Of a DNA stretch of 64,000 bases, positions 31,032 to 46,431 are shown in pieces (position 1 is the stretch's first letter; each line of letters starts with the position of its first letter). The stretch comes from the human T2T-CHM13v2.0 reference genome, Homo sapiens. The notes beneath the pieces are model-generated. The model saw only the letters and a program-made list of their open reading frames with translations. It had not been told where the DNA came from and searched no databases. The stretch lies in NCBI RefSeq assembly GCF_009914755.1, contig NC_060926.1; one strand, written 5' to 3'. A program made the translations under genes and the position numbers.

Positions 31032-32470
31032 TTAGTTTACGGATAGCCCTAGTGTTTGTAAACTTAAAGTTTGCTGTTCATAGGCCATGGTTTAATTCCA
31101 TCTGCACTAGTTAGCTTCCTTCTAGTCTACATGAATGAATACACCTGCAAGTCAGGCAAGTTCTTGATCCTAACGAACAAGCCAGGGAAAGCAGGAAAGG
31201 ATGAGAGCCAAGCACTGGTGTTACTGAGAGGCCAATAAACGGACCTTTATTTTCCTTGTCAAAAAAAGGTTTTATTTATAATTTCATTAAAATAAATTAT
31301 GTAGAACAAAAACATTTGAATAGCTAGAATTTTGTTGTGTCACTTATGTTAACAAAGAGGGTATCAGTCTAGTAATCATTCTTGGTCAAAAATTCTATTA
31401 CTACTATACATAAAATAACAAAAAAGGCCTAAGGATATACTTCAGAGATTCAGAAATATGAGTTATAGATTTAAAATACCTTTAAATACCAATGGAAATA
31501 ATGCCAGTTATATATCTGGGAGTCTTAAAATAGAAGGAAATAATCAAGATTAAAGTGACAGGAATTGAGGAATTGACCTCGGGCTGATAGATGCGGTAAG
31601 AAGAGGCTCTTCAGAGGAAAACACTGCATTGATTCTAAGTCTTAGAAGTTTCTCATGATGTAACCCGCACTGATCTGCACTTAAGTCACCTCATAAATGG
31701 GCCTTAAGAAGATGTAAGTAGGCTAACTCCCCATTCAACCTTGCTAGGAGAATGTGGGAAGAAGAGAGCCTAAATGATTTTCTGTTCATTTATGCCCCTC
31801 AAACTCACCTGATGCCTCAGTCAACAAAATAAGGCTTAACTTACTGGTAACACACATGCACTGAGACTGAAAATGTTCTTCTCAGAGACAGAAGATTAAT
31901 AGAAAACTAACTGGCTGAGATAGCATAATGACTTACTAAACATGGCATCAAAGTTTAGCAATCAACCGTCAAGCATAATTAACAAGGTTAGATTCTTAAC
32001 TTATTGTGATACAATCCAACACTCAAAACTGCACAGGTACAAAAAGGAAGAGTTAGGCATAATAAATTTGTGTGAAAATTCTTTTAGCAAGGAGAAGGAC
32101 TAAGGCGATAATTTGAAGAAACAGGTTATACTAACAGGAGAAAGTGCATAGAGAATTAGGGTTTGCAACTAAGAGAATGAAGAAAATGAGTGCCGTATGA
32201 GTAACAGAAATGAGAATCTTTGTTTCTTTTAAGGGTGAGGAGATGGATATGTAGGGTAGGATACTAAATATTTAAAATATTTTGAAATATTTTAAATATT
32301 TAAAATATTTTGAAGGATACTAAATATTTAAAAATGAGAAGTGGGTCATTACTTTTGAGGAAAATAGACCCTGTCACCAGAGATCAACACCAACATCACA
32401 TTCTTTCTAAGAGCAGTCCAACTTCCCTTGAGTGAAACTGAAAGACATTTCAGTCCTGTCTGTCTGTCTT

Positions 32471-33230
32471 TGTCAGAATTCTGGGTAATAAAGCATTTGG
32501 CTGACGTTTGTCTTGGGTTCCTGGAAGGAGACTCTAACTCTTCAAATTTCCCTCATGTTAGGGATTTCTGTGTTATTCATTATGGACCCTGATAGTTTAT
32601 CCTAATTAAGAGAATCATGGTGTGCCCCTGGATAGTTTATGCTAAAGATATGACTTGGAATGGGGGCTAGCTGTGCCAGAAAGACCAACCCTGTGATTAG
32701 AGGGTTGGTGCTTAGAGCCACATTATCAGTTGGTGGGGGACTGGAGATTGAATTCAATCATATGGCCAATGATTTAATCCATGCCTATTTAATGAAATCC
32801 CAATAAAAGCTAGGGACACCAAACCTTGGTGAGCTTCCCTGGTTGCTAATACTCTGATTGTCACACATTGACATGTCAGGAAGGTGATGTCTCCTGACTC
32901 CATGGGGAGAGGGCAACGGAAGCTTTACATCTGGGACCCTATCAGACCTCACCCTGTGCATCTCTCCCTGTTGCTGATTTGGGTTAGTATCCTGTTGCTA
33001 TAATAAAACTGTAATTTCAAGTCTAGTGCTTTCTTGAATTCTGTGATTCATTCTAGTAAATTAATGAAACTGAGGGACCTCCAAATTTGCAGCTAGTCAA
33101 AAGCACAGGAGGCTCTAGGAGTGCCCAAATCTGTGGCTGGTGTCTGAAGTCAGGGCAGTTTTATGGGGGACTGTGCCCTTAACCTTTGATGTTTGGCCCA
33201 ACTCCAACTAGTTGGTGTCAGAAGTCATTG
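32471..33230 (+). mobile_element. ERV solo LTR (MER21-like)
   Basis: gccagaaagaccaac..tgtgattagagggttgg; ggggactggagattga..ggccaatgatttaatc; ends gttggtgtcagaagt. Confidence 0.8.
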
Positions 33231-33307
33231 CAGTTGGCAATTTAGCAAAAACACTACTACTTAGACACATGCTAGCAGTATTTCACATGAGTTAAGGCTG
33301 CTCTTCC

Positions 33308-33543
33308 TTTTTTTTTTTTTTTTGGTTACTAGAAATTTTCTTAATCTTTTTTTTTATTTCAATAGGTTTTTGGGGAACAGGCGGTGTTTGGTTACATGAA
33401 TAAGTTATTTAGTGGTGATTTCTGAAATTCTGGTGCACTCATCACCCAAGCACTGTACCCAATGTACATAGTCTTTTATCCCTCCCTCACTCTCCTCCCA
33501 CCCTTTCCCCTGAGTCCCCAAAGTCCATTGTATCATTCTTACG
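33308..33543 (-). mobile_element. Short L1PB-like 3' end
   Basis: atttcaataggtttttggggaacagg..ccccaaagtccattgtatcattctta; degenerate TSD aggctgytmttc. Confidence 0.85.
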
Positions 33544-33860
33544 TAGGCTGTTATTCTTAAAAATGGGATTAATATAAGAAATTTTCAAGACTAGAGACTT
33601 TAACAATTAAGTATTACTAGATTGACATATAAATTTTCACAATATAAATACTTAATAAATTATAGGAATCAAAGTCCCAGTCTAATTATTTAGTAGGCGA
33701 TACCCCTTCCAATTAGGAGAAAAGCTGAAATATCATGTGGCTTAATAGTACAATTCAATCAGAAAGTATTAGTGTCACTTCTTACAATTGAAATATTTTA
33801 GAGGTAAAACAACCCTCTGACATCATCTAAATTTTTTTTAACAGTTAAAACAGAAGTCCA

Positions 33861-34782
33861 TAATTTCCACAATCTATAGGGAATCCAAACAAATCATCAA
33901 GAAAAAAAAATCCCATTAAAAAGTGGGCAAATGACATGACTAGACATTTATCTAAAGAAGATATACAAATGGCCCATAAACATTTTTAAAAAATGCTCAA
34001 TGTCACTGATCATCAGGGAAATGTAAATTAAAACTATAGTTAGGTACCACCTTACCACAGCCGGAATAGCCACTATTAAAAAGTCAAAAAAAAAAAAAAA
34101 AAAAAGACGTTGGCATGGATGTGGTCAAAGGGAACACTTATACATTGCTAGTGAGAATGTAAATTAGTACAACCTCTTTGGAAAATAGTATGAAGATTTC
34201 TCAAAGAACTAAAAGTAGATTTACCATTCAATCCAGAAATCCCACTACTAGATATCTACCCAAAGGAAAAGAAATCATTATATCAAAAAGTCACCTGCAT
34301 GTGTATGTTTCTTGCAGTACAATTCATAATTGCAAAGACATGGAACCAACATAAGCGTCCATCAACCGATGAGTGGACAAATAAAATGTGGTCTATATAT
34401 ACACCACAGAACACTACTCAGCTGTAAAAAAATAATGAAATAACGTGTTTTATAGCAACCTGGATGGAACTGGAGGCCATTAATATAAATGAAGTAATTG
34501 AGGAATGGAAAACCAAATACTGTATGTTCTCACTTGTAAGTAGTAGCTAAGCTATGAGTATAAAGGCAAACAGAGTGATATAGTGGACTTTGGAGACTTA
34601 GAAGAGGGAGGATGGGAAGAGGGTGTGGGATAGAAAGCTTCATATTGGGTACAATGCACACTACTCATGTGATGGATACACTAAAATTCCAGACTTCAGC
34701 ACTATACAATTCATCCATGTATCCAAAAACTATTTGTACCCAATACAAATAAAATATTGAAATAAAAAATAAAAAAATAAAG
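33861..34782 (+). mobile_element. 5'-truncated L1PB-like element (about 0.92 kb)
   Basis: ORF2 end plus 3'UTR and A tail; 14-bp TSD aaaacagaRgtcca (33847-33860, 34783-34796). Confidence 0.92.
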
Positions 34783-34961
34783 AAAACAGAGGTCCAAGGA
34801 AGCAGTAAAGACAATCTCATCACTCCATTATATTACAGGAAATAACTATTCATGAAAATACCTTTAAGTTGGTTTCTGCTCTTAACAGTTTTACAAACGT
34901 TATTTACTTTTATAGCATTCAGTTGGCAAAGGTACATACAGACAAGCATAATATGATGGTC

Positions 34962-35574
<613 letters not shown>

Positions 35575-36047
35575 ATGATGGTCTATTTTTATGTGTAAAG
35601 TCAGGCATTTGTCTGTGCCTTAGAAAACTAAGGTTATAAACGGATTGTTTTTATTTTAAGCTATCCATAACAATTCACAGAAACTAAACAAGAATTACTC
35701 AGTACTTTTCATTAGGGCCTGAAATCTGGCAAATGTTGCATTTGGTTATACCAGTAAGAACACAACCATGGATTAATGACTGTAAATTCTTATTGCTAGT
35801 CTCCAGTAATTTCTGACAGACTTTTTTTTAAAGTGGTATAACTGCATTTTCCCAGCAATTCGCTTAAGCCACACAAGTTTATAGTAATTTTTAAAGGATT
35901 AAAGAGTAAGTTATGCAATTCTATTTTGGATTAAAATTACTTATCTATGCATATATAAAATGTACATTTTATGTGACTATTCTCTATATATACACAGTGC
36001 TTAATTTATTTACGCTTGTTTTTATCAACATCAGAATAAAAAGGTTA

Positions 36048-36200
<153 letters not shown>

Positions 36201-38094
36201 CTAAACAAAACAAATCAGCAGATCATTTTATAAGTGTAAAAATAATATTTACCTAAAAATAAACATATATTAATTTTAGTATAACTAACCAAGCTATATA
36301 CATTTTTCTAAAATTTCTTTGATTTAACTTATTTTGTAATACCTTTATTATGACTTAACTAATACTAATTTATTTCCCTGGGATCTATGAACAGACAATG
36401 CAAATAATGGCTCTTGTTCAGCAAAATAATTATGAAACTATTATACAATTCTAAATGGATAACATATCAAGTGGGTATATCTATTCAAAAGTTTTATCAG
36501 AGAAATATATCTGTTAAAGGAAAGATAACTGAGAGGTACAGTTTCTTGCTAGAACTGACAGAGTCAAGGCAGTAAGTGTTCGAATTCTAGATTTGCCTTG
36601 TGATTTGCTCAATTCAATTACTTTCATTATCCCCTAGAGTATTGTAAACCAGTTTTTTAAAGAATTCAGATTTCCCCCAGTGGTAAACAGAAGGTAGAAC
36701 ACTCACTATGCTAAACTAAATGTCTCATACCTTTACATTCCCCACTCTTCATCCCGGCATGTTTTAGACCCTCAAAGTTTTCCTTTCAATTAATAATGAG
36801 TATGATAATTAAAGTGATACTAGAACACTACTTTATTCTTTTCACTGTTTCTTCTTCTTATAATGGCTGTCTACCCAACCAACTTTTATCCAATGGTCAT
36901 CCAATCACAATTTAGTAATGTGATATCAGAATTTAAATATAAAATGTTCATTCCTCCTGCTTTGCCTTACTAAGGCTGTTTCTTTATGTAAGGATGATCC
37001 TCTCCACCCCAAGCCCCCTGACACATAAAGCTCTTCAATTGGACTGTGCCTTCTTATGGAAAATTACTCCTATAATGAGCCATTATTACCAACAAGAAAG
37101 TGCTACAACTTACTTATGTTGACACACACAATATATACGCTCAAAAAGATAATCAGAATATGACTATTATTGCCTAGAATACTTCAACTTCTTTATCATA
37201 TATAATCTATATAATAAAATTTGGCACTGTATAATACCCATACAGTTCTACTGGTAGTTTCATATTTAGTTTTCCTTCTTTTATAGGCCTACGGGTTTTT
37301 ATGTGTCTTGAAGATAAGATTTTTATGCTTCTTTGCACGGTAATAGATACAGAGCAAACAGTTTAAAAATATCTGTTTTTTTCAGCCTAAGTAAAAATAG
37401 TGAAAGTGTAAGTGATGGTGAGGTTATGATAATGTTCTTTGTCACCTGCTAAGAATGAGTTATTGAGAACAACCATCATTTTCACTGCAAACAATTTCAA
37501 TGTACAATCATAGAAAAAATAGTTATGCAGACAATCTTTAAGATATCGTTTGTTCAATTAAAATTCTAAACAAAATTATGTCTATAAAACGGTCAAAGAA
37601 GTAGGAACAGAGCTAAAGAGACAATTCTGCCTTTCTGATATTTCCCTATGAAAACAGTATCACATATGCTGATTACTTTCTATCATGCTGGTAAAGGAAA
37701 ACAGAATTTCCTGGTAAAGGAAAATAGGATGTCCATTTGAACTAGAGGCCCAACTACCACTTAATGCATGATTTCTTGTTCTATCTACAGTTTATTCTCA
37801 GCACATCTGATAGAGAAATCCATTAAAACATTGAGTTAAAATGTTGACTTGGATCATGCTGGAAGCCTTTTGGTGACTCCCCATTGTACCCCATTGTACT
37901 CAGAATTAAGGCCAAAGGAGTTATAAGAACTGCTATGGCCCTACCTGGGCTGGTCTCCTGTGGGATGACCTCATCTCTGACTACTCTCCTCCTCCTCACC
38001 CTGCCCCAGCCACATTTGTCTCCTCGTGTCCCTTTGGGCTTCTGCACCAGCTGCTCCCATTGTCTGAAACACTCTACCATATTTTCACATGTTC

Positions 38095-38520
38095 TGTGAT
38101 GGTTAATACTGTCAACTTGATTGTACTGAAGGATGCAAAGTCTTGATCCTGGGTGTGTCTGTGAGGATGTTGCCAAAGGAGATTAACGTTTGAGTCAAGA
38201 GGCTGAGAAAGGCAGACCCACCCTTAATTTGGGTGGGCACTGTCTAATCAGCTGCCAGCATGGCTGGAATATAAAGCAGGGAGAAAAATGTGAAAAGACT
38301 AGACAGGCTTAGCCTCCCAGTCTACATCTTTCTCCCATGCTGGATGCTTCCTGCCCTTGAACATTGGACTCCAAGTTCTTCAGCTTTGGGACTCGGACTG
38401 GCTTCTTTGCTCCTCGGCTTACAGACTGCCTATTGTGGGACACTGTGATCGTGTGAGTTAATATTCTTTAATAAACTCCCATATGTATATATGGAGTATA
38501 TATATAAACTCCCATATACA
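38095..38520 (+). mobile_element. MLT2A (ERVL) solo LTR inserted in an L2
   Basis: tgtgatggttaatactgtcaacttgattg..gttgccaaaggagattaac..tgtgatcgtgtgagttaata..aataaactccc. Confidence 0.92.
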
Positions 38521-38831
38521 TATATATATATATCTCCTAGTAGTTATATATATATATATGTGTGTATATATATATCCTAGTAGATATATATATATCCTAG
38601 TAGTTATATATATATATATATATCCTAGTAGTTATATATATATATATATCCTAGTAGTTATATATATATATCTCCTAGTAGTTACATATATATATATATC
38701 CTAGTAGTTATATATATATATATATATCCTAGTAGTTATATATATATATATATCCTAGTAGTTATATATATATATTATATAATATATAATATATATATAA
38801 TATATTTTATATAATATATATATATCCTATT
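38520..38831 (+). repeat. Compound minisatellite [(TA)n TCCTAGTAGT]x9 plus AT-only tail
   Basis: cctagtag cores at 38536, 38576, 38596, 38624, 38650, 38674, 38700, 38728, 38754. Confidence 0.95.
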
Positions 38832-39199
38832 TTCAAGTCTTTGTTCAGATCTTACCCTCTTCATGAGGCCTATCCTGACCACTGTATCTAAAATCGCCAT
38901 CACCCAACCATGCTCTATTATTTTCTCCTGTCATTTTCTAAACATATTATACAATTGACTTAATGATATTATCTGTCTCCTCCTGTTGGAATACATGCTT
39001 CAGGGGAAAGGAATGTAGTTTGTTTTACATGGGTATTTCCCCAGCTCTAAGTAGAGTGCTAGGTACTCTATAAACATTTGTACATTTGTAGAATGAATCC
39101 TGAATACTAGATTAATACTGAAAAAAATGTATTCCAACTTCCAAGCAAGGGAAAATGGATTATGACTGGGGAGTCTGAGGTCAACCCCTGGTACAATTC

Positions 39200-40370
39200 T
39201 ATGAGGGTTTAAGTTTAAAAAATAAATAGTAATGAAAGCCTAAAAAAGGACATGATAATCAAAAAGTCTGTATGGGTTCCCTAAGGGAAGGTCATTTTCC
39301 TTATTTCCCATGTTAACACAGTTACTGAAGCTATAGATCAGGGACAATGCTAAGAAGTTTGCTTTCAGCAATGGAACGCTTGATAGTGCCTGCTCTGATA
39401 TCCCTGTGCTGAATGTGAGCTGAATATAATAAAGTTAGGATGTCTGTATCTGCTTACTATCTGTAATAAGAGTGCTGACTAATAAATCCACATCAATTTG
39501 GAAAGAAATCTCTGGTAGTACAACATAGGGTTTCATCTTCAATTATACTCAAAACTGTTAATGCTTGGAAAAGAACATTATAGTAATAGTTATCTCAGAG
39601 CTAGATAAAGCAGATGACAGATGACAATAAAGATCCATCTAAAATAGGTGACAATCATGATCCACAAGGAATATGATAACATGGAATTATGAGATGAATC
39701 TGAAAAGATAAAATTTCACAGGAATAAATGTAGAGTCCTACATTTGAGTCCAAAAGTACAACAAGTAAGAGACTGAAAGTCTTTAATTAACTGTTAATTC
39801 AACAGAGGTCATTAATGTAATGTGATTTATAAAAAGAAAGTTGGATGGACTTCCAGAATAAGGGAGGAAAAGGTCTACTCTAGTTCTTGCAGGTCAAATC
39901 CACGTTTGGAATAGTAAACTTAATGAGAGGCACAGACAAAATAAAGAATATCATCAGATTCACACACAGAATTCTCAAAACTATTTCATATAAAACATAA
40001 ATGGCTGGAAACCTGGAGTTGTTTAGTGGAATGTGAAAACTAATTGCCAATATCTGAAGGTCTGTTTAATGAATGAGGAATGATCCTTGCTCTAAGCAAC
40101 TGGACTTGCCCTATGTCAATCTAGGGAGCAGAAGGAGGACCAGTAAATGGTCCTTTCTTTTTTTTTTTTTAACCAAAAGCAGAGTTTGACTTAACACAGG
40201 AAACACAGGCTAACAATCATAGTTATATGACAAGAACTTCATTTTAGTGTGTCCAGACATGGGATAGACATTGACAGTGATGTTACAGACTGGTAGCAAA
40301 TATAAGGTAGGTGTCTGAATTAGATGCCTTTTAATATTTCTTTAAACTGAAGATTTTAAGATTTTATGAA
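39200..40370 (+). mobile_element. L3/CR1 LINE fragments
   Basis: aaatttcacaggaataaatgtagagtcctacatttgagtccaaaa; aatatctgaaggtctgt. Confidence 0.65.
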
Positions 40371-40522
40371 ATACAAATGAATATTTGCAAACCAATACTT
40401 TCAGTAGTTGACAGCAGTCATTACTAAAAACAGTCTGATTAAAAGCGATTTCAACTAACATAGGTACAAATACTACCATTTTAAGATGCCGATATAGTCT
40501 AATGCATCAAAGAAAACTTTTA

Positions 40523-40783
<261 letters not shown>

Positions 40784-41064
40784 CTAGAAAATAAGTAGTT
40801 TTCATAAATTATTCCATTTAGTTATAAAGCCATTTATTTCCACTTAGATTTCAAATGCATATAATGTGCTACTGATATGCAATTATTTGTTCAAACTCAA
40901 GTATTAGCTTGAATAGACTTTTAGAATCATTCAGAAGAATAAAGTTTAGTTTTGAATGGAGGTAAATAAATGCAATTACATATTAAAATTAGTGTACACT
41001 AGTGCTTTACAGCCATTACAAAACAATAAGACTGATTAATAATTTCATATTTTATAAACAGCTA

Positions 41065-41220
<156 letters not shown>

Positions 41221-41569
41221 TCAAAGTCCACACCAATTCAGGGATGCACTCTTCAAGCTAACATAACAACATTAATAAAACACCCTTTCCCCCATCACAA
41301 TACTTAACGTTTTAGATTAAAAACAACAGAAAGAAAGAAAATGAAGAGTGAAAGAAAATAAAATGGGTAGCCTTGGACCTTATAAAATCATTTACTGAAG
41401 AATTCATAATTTATAGGAACCACGTTATAAAAATCTATTCTCTCAAGATATTATTTGTGAATTAAAAATTTTATTTTTAAAGACATGACTTTTTCGAGTG
41501 TGGGCAGTAGAGAACAATTTAAGTTTAGAAAACCACAAAATCCATGTGTTCTTCTCTAATGGCAAGTTA

Positions 41570-41818
<249 letters not shown>

Positions 41819-42178
41819 CTAAAAAGAAAAAAAAATGATGTAAGATTTCAAAGTCTAACATTTCTACTGAGACTAAAGGATTATTTTTTCTAAATATATA
41901 TATTATTTGTACTTCACAGGAGTGATGAAAAAGAAAAAAATTAATAATTAAGGAAAAATAAAACTTTCCTATTATCTAGACAATGCATCAAGAAAGAGTT
42001 TATATTCTATCAGAACTTAATATCCTAATGAATATAATGCTTTTACAAAATAACTAGTATGAAAAGTACACTTCTAATGATGTCACTGCAAAAACATATT
42101 TTTTGAACTCCTTTTCCAAGCTGTCTCATGACTGTTTTACAGATTAAACAAGAAAACCATTATTTTATGGTTACGTGG

Positions 42179-42184
42179 GTATGG

Positions 42185-42253
<69 letters not shown>

Positions 42254-42265
42254 ATATATGTATGG

Positions 42266-42310
<45 letters not shown>

Positions 42311-42321
42311 ATATATGTATG
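42179..42321 (+). repeat. Duplicated cassette GTATGGGGG(TG)n TATAATATAT, n=31 and 19
   Basis: direct read. Confidence 0.95.
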
Positions 42322-43205
42322 CTTTTTCTTATTGAATAAAAAACTAGGACTAGGATCTGTTTTCCCCCTAAACACTAGCTATGCCATCAGTGAGAATATT
42401 TTAAAAGCTCATGCCTTAGAATCTTCTTGAAAAAAATTTCAAGAAATAGCAGTGTTGTTAGAATAAGTACATAATTTTTCAAGACAACAAACTTTAAGAG
42501 TAAAATATTTATTCAAATGTTTGAACTTATATTTTATAAGCTTAGTAAAAAACTAATTGAAATAATGTGTCTAGCACTACGGTAAGCAAAAAAGGTAAAT
42601 ACCTCCTTAATTCAAACTTTCGTTATAGCATGGAGTTTTCTTCCTCTAAAGTTTACACAATCTGATATCTTTGTTTTTAAATAAGAAAATTCAGTATATT
42701 CATGTCATTTAACAATTAATAATCCTTTTTTCTTTCAACTTTATGCTTGCTAATTATTTTAACCTTCTTAGTTTAATGAACTTTTCAATATTCTCATTCC
42801 TTGTATTGATTTTGAGATTCTACTGTATTTTTCTATTTCATTCTTGATTACCTTTCTTTTACTGGGAGCTTATAATAAAAACATTTCTTTCCTGTTGTTT
42901 TTTAAAAAATAAGATACCAACCATTCCCTCCACCAAAATGGTCTTTTATACACTTTAAAACTTTTTAAAAATAGTTTTAAAAAACAAAAGCTAAGAGCAA
43001 TCCTGGTCATAAATCTTATGCTCTGATGAAAATAAACCACCTTCTATTTCCTTTGTCTGGAAGGCACTTCGCTATGCTTAAAAGATCAGTAAGTGGCATT
43101 TCCTCCATGAAGCCTCCATCAGGTTCTTACAGTTGGAAACCACACCTCCTCTAAACTGCCTTTCCTAGGAGTATATCATATATTTAAATACATATTTGCA
43201 CTCTA

Positions 43206-43397
<192 letters not shown>

Positions 43398-44417
43398 CTA
43401 AAACAAAAGGAACTGGTATTAACTTAAAATATACTAAGTAAAAACAACATAATACATGCACATACACACTAACAAAGCATTACCCTACTAGTATTTTAAA
43501 AGACCTTTGCTTTTATAAATTCCTCCTCCTTCAATGGATGATTATATGTTATAAAACATATTTAAGATTCTAACAAACTCAATAATTATAAATGTGTTTT
43601 AGAATGTGTTTCTTTAATACTTGTTATTGAATGGAAACCTTTGGATAGGCGAAGACACCCATAATATTCCATTAACTGTACATGCCCAGCTCCGCCTTCA
43701 ATAGTTAATTCATGACACAAATGAGATACGAATGATAATGTATTTACAAGTATATGAGGTCAGCCCTTCAATTGCCTATACAGACTGGTTTATATTCAAA
43801 ATATATTCTAGACTAGAAAAATCATTACAGTACTTAGTATAAGTAATTTCAATGCCTGGAAAATTTACTGAAGGTTTACCCCTACTAAGATACTCCTAGC
43901 ATTTACTGAAGTATCTATCAGGCACTGTCACATTAACCAATTTAACCACACTAAACAAAATGCAAATCTACTACATGTTATACTAATATTACTTCCTTCA
44001 GATTAGAGTTTGGCACTCCATGATCCAATCTACAGTCAATGTGTTCACTACTACAGAAACAGATGTGCTTTATTATGAGGTATAATGGGATTTTATCCCA
44101 AGCCCATTTAATTTTTGCAAATTCAGTTAAATTGTAAATATACTATAAATTACATTTTGCATACATACTTTCTCATATCTAGTATCACTAGTTACATTAC
44201 ATATCTAGTTACATTAATCATATATATTACTACACAGGAGTTTCATACAGAAAGCCATATATACTATAATTAATGATTTAAGGGATTTTCAAGGGTAATA
44301 TTAACTGTATAGTATTTTTGCTTTACCAATAGATTTCAGAAGCTGACCTCTTTGTTAAGGTATACTCTAGTAATCAACTAAAAACTACCATGATGTATAT
44401 TTTAAAAGAGAACTTCA

Positions 44418-44648
<231 letters not shown>

Positions 44649-45204
44649 TTATTCGAGGGCATGAAAAGTTGGTTTGCTTGCCTCACTATTCCACTGTTCA
44701 AATAAGTAATTTTCACTAGTAAAATGTCATCTGCTTTGTGAAAATTATCAACTTTATTATTTAAACAAGTAAAAGTCTCTGGAGTTTAATTTTTAATATG
44801 TTTTTAAAAGATATGAATAGATTATACTAGTCTCATTAAATCTTGTGGCAATCCTAAATAAAATATTAGCTAACTATATACAACAGTATAGTAAAAGAAT
44901 AATTCACCTTAACCAGGCTGACTTATTACAGGAATTCCGGGAATGCAAACCAGGGTCAAACATTACAATACCTACTAATGTTATTCACAACAACAGATTC
45001 CTACGTGATAAAAACAAATGAGAAAATATTACATTAAAAAATCTTATTAATAAATGGAACAAAAACCAAAAAGAAAAACATAACAGGCATAAACTTAAGA
45101 AATGTGCAAAAGCTATAAAATTCCTATGAAACTGTACTCAGGGACATTTTTAAAAAGAACTGAACCAAAAAGGTAACGCCCCAGACTTCTCTTATCATGG
45201 ATGA

Positions 45205-45693
45205 TGTGGTACATATCACAATTACTGGTTCCAGTTTTTCAACCCTCCCTGAGTACGTGTCTTCTGCCATGTAACTAACTACAAAAGTTGGAGTGTACCC
45301 TACTGCTTCTTGACTAGGGACTTGGACATTTTTCTTATATTGGCCAATGGAATGTGGGCAGGAATAGCAGTGTATCAACCTAAATTTTAGAGGCACTGCA
45401 TACTTCTGCTTGTTCTCTGGCACTTGCTATCAGTACAAGAAGAATTTCCTCTGGGTAGTGGCTGCTACTTGTTGTGAGTCTGGGGGAAACACTATTGGAG
45501 GTGACAAGAGTCCAAACTGCAATGATGTGCCACATTCACCCAGCTGCATCTGAACTGAAGCAGGGCCCCAGCCAAGCCTTGCCTGAGATCAGCAGACCCT
45601 CGATGACCCACAAAAATGTGAGTAAAGAATACTTATTATTATATGTCCTGACATTTGTGGTTGTTTGCTATACACCAATAGCTGCCTGATATA
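45205..45693 (+). mobile_element. MaLR LTR (MLT1H/G-like)
   Basis: tgtggt..aattactggttccag..aaccctccctg..gccatgtaact; ends tttgtggttgtttgctatacaccaatagctgcctgatata. Confidence 0.75.
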
Positions 45694-45865
45694 ATAATGG
45701 TCATTTTTGGGAAAGAAAATTTTTTTTCCCCACATATGACTACAAATTTAATGCAATTCAAACCAAAATCTTCTATGGCTTCTTTTTTATTATTTTGTAA
45801 ATTGATTATGACAGTCAAGAGCGAAAAAAAGAGCCAACAAAACTGTTATAAGAGAAACACGGAGA

Positions 45866-46143
<278 letters not shown>

Positions 46144-46431
46144 TTAAAAAAAAAAAGCATATTTAGAACCAGTTATATACCAAAGAAAAACAAGAGCTTT
46201 TAGCATATGAAAAATTGCTCAATCTCAACACAATAAAAGAAATGAAAATAAAAATGAGATACCTCTCTTTCAGATTGCTTGAAAAAAAAAAATACACGCA
46301 CTGAAAATGGCCAGAATTGGTGAGGATAAGGTAAGGGATCATTCAATAGACTACTAGTAGGAGTGTAAATTAGTACAATTTCCTAGGAGAGCAATTTGGC
46401 AGTGCCTATCAAAATTTTAAATTTATATACT

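Noticed and set aside
37688-37724. 14-bp repeat ctggtaaaggaaaa and similar 10-12-bp repeats (44188-44216, 60428-60448, 53040-53120, 12235-12320)
   Set aside because: Short or AT-rich slippage products with no sign of function
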